Part shown: positions 7,396 to 13,748 of the stretch, piece after piece
Numbering within the stretch: the stretch's first letter is position 1
Layout: each line of letters starts with the position of its first letter
Assembly: GCA_038231455.1 (NCBI GenBank)
Contig: JBBRLI010000041.1
Coordinates: 1-13,748 of the forward strand
From: Vulcanimicrobiales bacterium
GTDB taxonomy: Bacteria; Vulcanimicrobiota; Vulcanimicrobiia; Vulcanimicrobiales; Vulcanimicrobiaceae
DNA length: 13,748 nucleotides
Direction of reading: 5' to 3'
The notes under the pieces: model-generated
What the model saw: the letters and a program-made list of their open reading frames with translations, nothing else
Databases searched by the model: none
What the model was told of the DNA's origin: nothing
Translations under genes and position numbers: made by a program

Positions 7396-9972
7396 ATGCG
7401 ACGTTTTCGTTGGCTTCGGTATTTGACCGCGCTCGTTTTCATCAGCGGTTGCTCGTCGAGCGGTGGTGTGCACAACGTCCCGCAGACACCCCTTGGGCGT
7501 GAACGCACCTCCACTAGCGTGCGGTCGTCGCTTGCTGTCGGCGAGTCAGCGTATCCATCGGGTGCGGCCGCACTGCTGCCGGGAACGATCGCCTTCGACA
7601 ACTACGACATCGGCGGTGAGGGCCTCGCGTATCACACGCAAAACCGCGCGAATCCCGGCGGCAAGTATCGCGCCGACGGTCTCGGTGTCGAGAACGATGG
7701 CGATACCGGCTACGGCAACGGCTTCGACGTCGGCTGGAATGCGACAGGCAACTGGTATAGGTATTCCGTCGACGTCCAAGCGGCGGGGTCGTATCCTGTC
7801 GCCTATCGCATCGCTGCGAACGCGCCGGGTTCGATGCACGTTGAGGACGAACGCGGCACCAATCTCAGCGGCCCGATCGCAATCGCTGCGAGCGGCGGTT
7901 TTCAAGCCTGGACGACCGTCCGCGGGACACTTGCGCTTGCCGCCGGTGCACACGTGCTCAAAGTTGCAATCGACAGCGGAAATGGGTCGTTCAATCTCAA
8001 CGTGATGACGATCGGACAAGGCGCGGTCCTAGCGACGGAGGCTGCCTATCCGAGTGGAACTCCGTGGCCGGTGCCGGGGACGATTGAATTCGACAATTAC
8101 GACACGGGCGGTGAGGGAGTTGCGTATCACACCCATCACCTAACGAATCCCGGCGGAAAATATCGAAACGACGGGGTTGGCGTTGAAACCGATCGCGACC
8201 CGGGCATCGGGAACGGTTTCGATGTCGGCTGGAACGACACGGGAAATTATTATAAGTACACGCTCGCCGTTCAACCGGCGGGGACGTATCCGGTCACCGT
8301 CCGCCTGGCCGCAAATGGCGCGGGGACATTCCATCTGGAAGACGAGAACGGCAAAAATCTCACCGGCACCATCGCCGTTGCGGCAACGGGCGGCTATCAA
8401 TCATGGATAAACGTTGCGACCAGCGTGACGCTGGACGCCGGTAAGCATGTCTTGAAAATCGCGATCGATAGCGGCAATGGCTCGTTCAATCTCAACCTCA
8501 TGACGCTCGGAACGCCGAGCACAACGCCCTCGCCGATTGCGAGCGCATCGCCCACGCCCGGTCCTTCGCCATCGGTGCAGCCAAGTATCACGCCGACATC
8601 CGGACCGACGCCGACGAGCGGGGACATCGATTGGCCCACCCAAGGCTTCGATCGCGCGCGTACGGGTGAAAACCCGAACGAGAAGCGCTTGACGGCCGGG
8701 ACGATCGGCGGCTTGAAACTTCTGTGGACTGCACGCATCGCCGGCGATACCACGAGCCGTTTTGCAAATTCGCAACCCGTGGTTGCATCGCACGTCGTTG
8801 TCGGCGGCGCACAAAAAAACGTCGTCTACACCGGCGACGAACACGGGTACTTTGCCGCTTTCGACGCAACATCCGGCGCGCTCATTTGGCGCAAAGCACT
8901 CGGGTCGCAAGTCACGAGTTGCCCCGATATTCCCGATCGCACGTTTGGGATTACGGACGCAGCGACGATCGACCACGCACGTAACCGTATCTACGTCGTG
9001 GACGGAGCGGGCAAACTCTGGGCACTCGACCTTGCCACCGGCAATGTCTCTGCCGGCTGGCCTGCGGGCGGACTCTCCGTCGTCGATGATCCGTCAATCG
9101 ACCACGTCTATAGCGGTCTTGCCTTGAATAGCGCAAACGGCATGCTCTATGTCCCAAGCGCGAGCTACTGCGATATCGGGCGCTGGCACGGTGCGCTACG
9201 CGCGATCAACACGCAGACCGCAAGCCTTGCATCGATCTACTACTTTGCCACGGGATCGACGGCGCCGCCCGCAAGCACGGGACCGTACGGTGGCGGCGTT
9301 TGGGGTTGGGGCGGCATCGCGATCGACGCGCAAACGAACAATGTGTACGGCGCGAGCGGAAATACCAATCCGCAAGTTTCCGCGCCGGCGAGCAATGAAA
9401 GCATCACGGAGTGGAACGCGAGTCTCGGACTCGTCGCAAGCGCATATCCGCCGGTCTCCAACGGTGACCTCGATTTCGGCGGCTCGACCGTGTTGTACAA
9501 CGCCGGCGGCAGTCCGTGCGTCATCGCATTCCGTAAGAACGGCCAGCTCTTTAGCTACAATCGCTCGAATCTGGCGGCCGGTCCGGCAACGGCGTGGCAA
9601 ATCGCTCGAGACGGTATCTCTTCGCCCGCCTTCTCTTCGGCTACCGGATTGATTTATTTCAACAATCCCAACGCCGGGGCACTCGCACAGGGCGTGTATG
9701 CGCTACGAACGCTCGGCGGTTGCATCATCGATCAAACACCAGCGTGGAGCGTGACGGGCGTGAACGCGAATCTGCAAGCGCCGAGCATCGCGGGCGGCAT
9801 CATCTATGAAGCATTGGGATCGAAAATCCAAGCGTATAGCGCTTCGAGCGGTGCGCCGCTCTGGACAAGCGGCTCGAGCGTGACGAATGGGATTCAAGCC
9901 GCACCGACGATCGTCAACGGACGCCTCTACGTCGTCGATTGGAGCGACAAACTCTACGCGTTCGGACTCTAG
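7396..9972 (+). CDS. Lipoprotein with two tandem CBM6-like carbohydrate-binding modules, Pro/Thr/Ser linker and PQQ-type beta-propeller
   Basis: Signal peptide with lipobox ISG-C19. Two PGTI..DNYD.GGEG.AYH...GW...GN...Y.V...G.Y.V..R.AA...GG.Q.W......L.AG.HVLK modules. SPTP linker. DWPTQGFDRARTG start and propeller motifs (AAFDATSGALIW, WALDLATG, GGGVWGWGG, DLDFGGS, AYSASSGAPLW, PTIVNGRLYV...LYAFGL). Confidence 0.88.
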   Translation: MRRFRWLRYLTALVFISGCSSSGGVHNVPQTPLGRERTSTSVRSSLAVGESAYPSGAAALLPGTIAFDNYDIGGEGLAYHTQNRANPGGKYRADGLGVENDGDTGYGNGFDVGWNATGNWYRYSVDVQAAGSYPVAYRIAANAPGSMHVEDERGTNLSGPIAIAASGGFQAWTTVRGTLALAAGAHVLKVAIDSGNGSFNLNVMTIGQGAVLATEAAYPSGTPWPVPGTIEFDNYDTGGEGVAYHTHHLTNPGGKYRNDGVGVETDRDPGIGNGFDVGWNDTGNYYKYTLAVQPAGTYPVTVRLAANGAGTFHLEDENGKNLTGTIAVAATGGYQSWINVATSVTLDAGKHVLKIAIDSGNGSFNLNLMTLGTPSTTPSPIASASPTPGPSPSVQPSITPTSGPTPTSGDIDWPTQGFDRARTGENPNEKRLTAGTIGGLKLLWTARIAGDTTSRFANSQPVVASHVVVGGAQKNVVYTGDEHGYFAAFDATSGALIWRKALGSQVTSCPDIPDRTFGITDAATIDHARNRIYVVDGAGKLWALDLATGNVSAGWPAGGLSVVDDPSIDHVYSGLALNSANGMLYVPSASYCDIGRWHGALRAINTQTASLASIYYFATGSTAPPASTGPYGGGVWGWGGIAIDAQTNNVYGASGNTNPQVSAPASNESITEWNASLGLVASAYPPVSNGDLDFGGSTVLYNAGGSPCVIAFRKNGQLFSYNRSNLAAGPATAWQIARDGISSPAFSSATGLIYFNNPNAGALAQGVYALRTLGGCIIDQTPAWSVTGVNANLQAPSIAGGIIYEALGSKIQAYSASSGAPLWTSGSSVTNGIQAAPTIVNGRLYVVDWSDKLYAFGL
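7543..8511 (+). repeat. Intragenic tandem duplication of a 495-nt (165-aa) CBM6-like module
   Basis: Copy 1 is about 7543-8016 and copy 2 about 8038-8511, with the same 495-nt offset at both ends. Shared strings include NPGGKYR, GNGFDVGWN and HVLK.AIDSGNGSFNLN.MT. Confidence 0.9.
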
Positions 9973-9987
9973 GCGACATCCGAGGGA

Positions 9988-10154
9988 ATCGGCGTCGTCC
10001 CGCGCAAGTCACCGAATAGCCAACGCATGGGAACTCGGTGGAAATCCGAGACGGTCGCGCCACTGTAAGCGGGGAGCCGCTGAAGGTCACTGTCGCAAGA
10101 TGGGAAGGCCTCAGCACGACGGCTACGATCCGCAAGTCAGGACATCTGCCGAGG
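9988..10154 (+). ncRNA. Cobalamin (B12) riboswitch
   Basis: GGGAA-CTCGG-TGGAAAT-CCGAG-ACGGT-CGC-GCCACTGTAA ... GTCACTG ... TGGGAAGG ... AAGTCAGGACATCTGCC (B12 box). TCGGC (9989-9993) can pair with GCCGA (10148-10152). It lies directly upstream of a BtuB-like gene. Confidence 0.93.
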
Positions 10155-10170
10155 CACAACTCGAACCAAC

Positions 10171-10191
10171 GCCCCGCGTCAAGGGCAGGAG
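10171..10191 (+). promoter_or_regulatory. Riboswitch expression platform: hairpin abutting the SD
   Basis: GCCC-cgcgtcaa-GGGC immediately followed by AGGAG (SD, 10187-10191), then GTG at 10200. No U-tract, which suggests translational control. Confidence 0.55.
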
Positions 10192-10199
10192 TCAGAATC

Positions 10200-12065
10200 G
10201 TGCGTCGCTTTGCGTACGCTCTCGGCATCGTTGCCGTGAGCCTCTTTGCGTCGGCTGGAACCGTATCCGCCGACACAACACCCTCCCCGTCTCCCACCGG
10301 TCTCACCGAAATCGGCCGTGTCTCGACGAGCGATCGCCAGGACGAACCGCGTTCGGCGAGCGCGCGAACGACCTTTATTGTTACAAAAGCCGAGATGGTC
10401 GCTCATGGCGACCGCACCGTCGCCGATTCGCTCGAACGCGTTCCCGGCGTCAACCTCACCCGCTACGGAGCGTTCGGTGCCCAAACGGGTATCTCGATTC
10501 GCGGCGCATCGTCAAGTCAAGTGCTCGTCCTACTCGATGGACGCGCCGTCGGCGGCAACCAAGTCGGCGGCGTCGATCTTGCATCGTTCGTTGCGACCGG
10601 TATCGAGCGGATCGAAATCGTTGAAGGCCCGGGCGCGACGCTCTATGGTTCGGGCGCTGTCGGTGGCGTCATCAATTTGATCACATCGAAGAGTCGCAGC
10701 GCCTATCGTCAGCCGCAAGTGGATCTTGGCATCGGCTCGTACGGCGATCGTTTCGTGAGCTTTGAGACGAAGAATTTCGCGCTCGAGCGACACGTCGCGT
10801 CCAACAACTTTGCCTATCCGGTCGATGGCGCCGCGACGGCGATCCGTGCGAACGACGATGCATCGGAAACGACTGCGCGCGCGACCACGACCGGAACACT
10901 CGGCGCATTCGCCGTGACGGCGGCGATCGGCGCGACGACGCGTCATCTGGGCATTCCGGGATCGGCAGGTTTTGGGACCGTCTCCGCGCGCCAGGAAGAC
11001 GGCGCGACCGATGCCCGCATCGTGCTTTCACAACGCCGGGCGCAAGCCACGACCACGATCGATCTTTCGGGCGTGCGCGAGCGCGTTAGCGCCCACGACT
11101 TCGATCAGCGCGATAGCGCGAACGGCTTCGTGCCGAGCAATCAGACCAGTATCGAGTCACGTGCACAACTCGGTCTACGCAACGTCGTCTCGAGCGATTC
11201 GTCACGTTTGATCTACGGGATCGATCTCACGAGCGGTTCGGCACGCAACGACGATGGCGTTGGCGACATTGCCGCGCGTCCGTTCGCACAAACAGCCGCC
11301 TTCGTTCAGGAAAGCCTTCAAGTCTCGCGAGCGTCACGCGTGTACGCCGGCATTCGTGCCGAACGCGACGGCGGACTCGGCGGGGCGATTTCGCCATCGC
11401 TCGGCGCCGTCATCGCGCTTGCCGACGGCGTTTCCGCTCGCATCAATGCCGCAACGTCATTCCGCGCTCCGTTTGCAGCGGAACTCTACTACCCAAATTT
11501 CGGCAATCCGAAGTTGCGAGCAGAACGCACCTCCGGCGGCGACATCACGTTGTCGAGCACACACGTCCTTGGCGGTGCAAGCCTCGGCTACTTCGTCTCG
11601 AACGGCCGCGACCTCATTACCTACGACAGCACCGCAAATACCGACATCAATATCGCGCAGTCAAGGATCGCCGGTTTCACGTTCGACGTGCAAACCGTTC
11701 CGCTCAATGGCTTTCTGACCAAACTCAATCTAACCGATACCTATCGCGCGCTCGGCTTCACACCGGGCACGAACGCCGCGCGTCTGCCGTACCGACCGAC
11801 GATTCTTGCGAATCTGGATCTTGGCTTTATCGGCAACCCGACTTCGCGACTTGCGGCGCTCGGTGTCATCGCACACACCGAAGGCTTGCGCGATCCGGCG
11901 GGTGCGTTTACCTATACGCGTATCGATGCGTATGCGCGGCTACGGATCGCTCCGCGCGCGCTCCTTTCGCTACGCAGTACGAATCTGGGCAACGAGCGCT
12001 ATGCGATCATTGCGGGTTATCCGCTTCCCGGGCGCGCCTTTTTCGTCGATCTCTCGACGCGGTAG
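10200..12065 (+). CDS. btuB: TonB-dependent outer-membrane receptor, BtuB-like (vitamin B12)
   Basis: Likely GTG start at 10200 after AGGAG (the track start at 10038 lies inside the riboswitch). Signal peptide; TonB-box-like LTEIGRVSTS; plug motifs TVADSLERVPGV, SIRG...VLVLLDG, IERIEIVEGPGATLYGSGAVGGVINLIT; barrel motifs FRAP..ELY, GNPKLRAE, NLGNERY....GYPLPGR. Under a B12 riboswitch. Confidence 0.9.
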   Translation: MRRFAYALGIVAVSLFASAGTVSADTTPSPSPTGLTEIGRVSTSDRQDEPRSASARTTFIVTKAEMVAHGDRTVADSLERVPGVNLTRYGAFGAQTGISIRGASSSQVLVLLDGRAVGGNQVGGVDLASFVATGIERIEIVEGPGATLYGSGAVGGVINLITSKSRSAYRQPQVDLGIGSYGDRFVSFETKNFALERHVASNNFAYPVDGAATAIRANDDASETTARATTTGTLGAFAVTAAIGATTRHLGIPGSAGFGTVSARQEDGATDARIVLSQRRAQATTTIDLSGVRERVSAHDFDQRDSANGFVPSNQTSIESRAQLGLRNVVSSDSSRLIYGIDLTSGSARNDDGVGDIAARPFAQTAAFVQESLQVSRASRVYAGIRAERDGGLGGAISPSLGAVIALADGVSARINAATSFRAPFAAELYYPNFGNPKLRAERTSGGDITLSSTHVLGGASLGYFVSNGRDLITYDSTANTDINIAQSRIAGFTFDVQTVPLNGFLTKLNLTDTYRALGFTPGTNAARLPYRPTILANLDLGFIGNPTSRLAALGVIAHTEGLRDPAGAFTYTRIDAYARLRIAPRALLSLRSTNLGNERYAIIAGYPLPGRAFFVDLSTR

Positions 12066-12149
12066 TTCGCAAGGCCGTTTCGTTCGCTCTTTGCTCGGAT
12101 CGACCGCGACCGGACGATTCGACGCGCGTTACGCGCAGTTAGGATTGCT

Positions 12150-12656
12150 ATGCTCACCACCTTGGTCTTGATCGCGACCGGCGGATTCGCCAGTCTACTT
12201 CTCCCCTGCGTCACCCCGTTTGGCGCACTCGCCGCATGCGCCGCGCTACGCGGACGTTTGCGCTCCGCACTTTTTGTCGTCGGAGCCACCTGGGCCGTCA
12301 ACGAAGCAGCCGGCTTCTTCTTTTTTGGTTATCCGCGCACGAGCGATTCATACGCGTGGGCGCTGCTCCAGGTCATTGCCGCTGCGGTTGCAACTGCGGT
12401 CGCAGCAGCAGTTGTCGCGGGCACACGCAAGCGACCGTTTTTCATGCGTGCCGTTCTAACGCTCGCCGTGGCAACGCTCGTTTTTGAATCAGCGCTCGCG
12501 CTTGCGGCGCGTCTTGCGGGGCTCTCGCTTGCAGCGTTCTCGCTTCCGATCGACGCTTTGGTTATCGAAACCAACGTGCTCTTCTTCCTCGCGTTTGAAG
12601 CGGCCGCGCTGCTGCTGGGTGCGGTTCGCTCGAGCCGCGGCAGGCAGCAACCGTGA
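12150..12656 (+). CDS. Small integral membrane protein (about 5 TM) in the B12 operon; candidate corrinoid/cobalt transporter
   Basis: Highly hydrophobic 168 aa with PCVTPFGALA and W.VNE..GF...GYP motifs. SD-like AGGA upstream. The stop overlaps the next start (GTGA). Confidence 0.75.
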   Translation: MLTTLVLIATGGFASLLLPCVTPFGALAACAALRGRLRSALFVVGATWAVNEAAGFFFFGYPRTSDSYAWALLQVIAAAVATAVAAAVVAGTRKRPFFMRAVLTLAVATLVFESALALAARLAGLSLAAFSLPIDALVIETNVLFFLAFEAAALLLGAVRSSRGRQQP

Positions 12657-13603
12657 ACTACCCGCGCATCGTAAGTCTGCTGCCGAGCGCAACAGAGATT
12701 CTCTTCGCGCTCGGCGCCGGCCAGCAAGTCGTCGGCGTAACGCACGAATGCGACACGCCGATTGAAGCGGCGAGTCGCCCGCGCCTGACAAGCACGCGCA
12801 TCAAAAAAGTGGCGCTCGACGGCGAGTCGATTTCGATGTCGATCGAACGCCAAGTACAGGCGCATCTACACGGCGGCGAGAGCCTCTATGACTTGGATGA
12901 GGAGCGCCTCCATCGACTGGGACCGGATGTGGTGGTCACGCAATCACTTTGCGACATTTGCGCCGTGGCGTTCGCGACCGTCGAACGCGCGGTATCGACG
13001 ATGCCAAACGATCCGACACTGGTTTCTCTCGAACCCTCGACGCTTGCCGAAGTGAAAGAAAACGTTGCGCTTCTCGGCCGGGTCGCGCACCGCGAAGCCG
13101 AAGCCTCCGCGTTGCTCATGGAAATGAACGAGCGAATCGCGGCGGTCGGACGTCGCGTGGGTTCGCTGCCCCGCAAGCGCACCGTCATGCTCGAATGGAC
13201 CGATCCGCCGTACGGTGGAGGGCACTGGTCGAGCGAGTGCGTCGCGCTAGCCGGAGGTGAACCGCGGTGCGCGTTTCCCGGCGTTCCGTCTGAGGCAATT
13301 TCGTGGGATGCCGTCATCGCTGCGGACCCGGAGGTCATTATCATCGCACCCTGCGGAACGGGACTCGCAGACACGCTCGCTGCAATCGACGATCTCGCGC
13401 GACGCGAACCGTTCTGGCTCGATTTTGCCGCGCGGCGGCGCGTCGTCGCGATCGATGGCCATCACTACGTGAATCGGCCGAGCCCCGCGCTCGTGCGAAC
13501 GATCGAACTCTTCGCGCACGCAATTCATCCAGAGCACGATATCCATCTCCAAGACCATGAATTCGCCGTGGTAACGGAGCAACTGCTTAGCCGCTCTTCG
13601 TAA
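12653..13603 (+). CDS. BtuF/TroA-like cobalamin-binding protein lacking a signal peptide
   Basis: RIVSLLPSATEILFALG...VVGVTHECD.P, L.PDVVVTQ.LC..CAV, LEW.DP...GHW, ADPEVIIIAPCG, NRPSP.L motifs. Begins 4 residues before RIVSL. GTG start is coupled to the upstream TGA. Confidence 0.85.
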   Translation: MNYPRIVSLLPSATEILFALGAGQQVVGVTHECDTPIEAASRPRLTSTRIKKVALDGESISMSIERQVQAHLHGGESLYDLDEERLHRLGPDVVVTQSLCDICAVAFATVERAVSTMPNDPTLVSLEPSTLAEVKENVALLGRVAHREAEASALLMEMNERIAAVGRRVGSLPRKRTVMLEWTDPPYGGGHWSSECVALAGGEPRCAFPGVPSEAISWDAVIAADPEVIIIAPCGTGLADTLAAIDDLARREPFWLDFAARRRVVAIDGHHYVNRPSPALVRTIELFAHAIHPEHDIHLQDHEFAVVTEQLLSRSS

Positions 13604-13748
13604 ACCCACGTCGCCATCGTCGGCCTCGGCGGCCTGGGTCACATGGGAGTGAAGATCGCGCACGCGCTGGGCGCGAACGTTACGGTCCTTAGCCAGTCAC
13701 TCTCGAAAGAAGCCGACGGCAAGCGCCTCGGCGCCGACCACTATCTCG
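13604..13748 (+). pseudogene. 5'-truncated NAD(P)-dependent zinc alcohol dehydrogenase (cinnamyl-ADH/YahK type); runs off the window
   Basis: Immediately after the TAA at 13601-13603, in the same frame: [48 protein letters not shown]. This is the Rossmann GLGGLGH motif of CAD-like MDRs. The N-terminal Zn catalytic domain is missing. Confidence 0.85.

Noticed and set aside
8515-8620. Short ACGCC/CCGAC repeats as a possible array or CRISPR
   Set aside because: They encode the Pro/Thr/Ser linker of the lipoprotein. There is no repeat-spacer structure and no cas genes.
10038-10199. N-terminal extension of the TonB receptor
   Set aside because: It lies within the cobalamin riboswitch. The SD, GTG and signal peptide start at 10200.
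12063-12149. In-frame open stretch between the btuB TAG and the membrane gene (readthrough fusion)
   Set aside because: Outer-membrane barrels need a free C-terminal strand, and 28 open codons in GC-rich DNA is expected by chance. The downstream ATG has its own SD-like AGGA.

Overview
GC-rich bacterial chromosomal window. The style of the TonB receptor, lipoprotein and STAND-BTAD regulator suggests Ca. Eremiobacterota/Vulcanimicrobiota, which is an inference only. In order, it contains: a 5'-truncated HNH endonuclease; a secreted multidomain protein ending in a type-1 copper cupredoxin; a small acidic hypothetical protein; a C-terminal SDR remnant; a small membrane-tailed protein (- strand) divergent from a 951-aa MalT-like STAND ATPase/wHTH/BTAD regulator, with phased TTAC repeats between them; a remnant of a beta-helix-type protein; a class I fructose-bisphosphate aldolase; a lipoprotein with two tandem CBM6-like modules and a PQQ-type beta-propeller; a cobalamin riboswitch heading a three-gene operon (BtuB-like TonB-dependent receptor, small Cys-containing membrane protein, signal-peptide-less BtuF-like protein, with no BtuC/BtuD); and a 5'-truncated zinc alcohol dehydrogenase remnant. 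The best candidate for an under-described system is the non-canonical B12 uptake/handling operon. The second is the regulator/small-protein divergon. Four gene remnants lacking their 5' ends point to deletion-driven decay.
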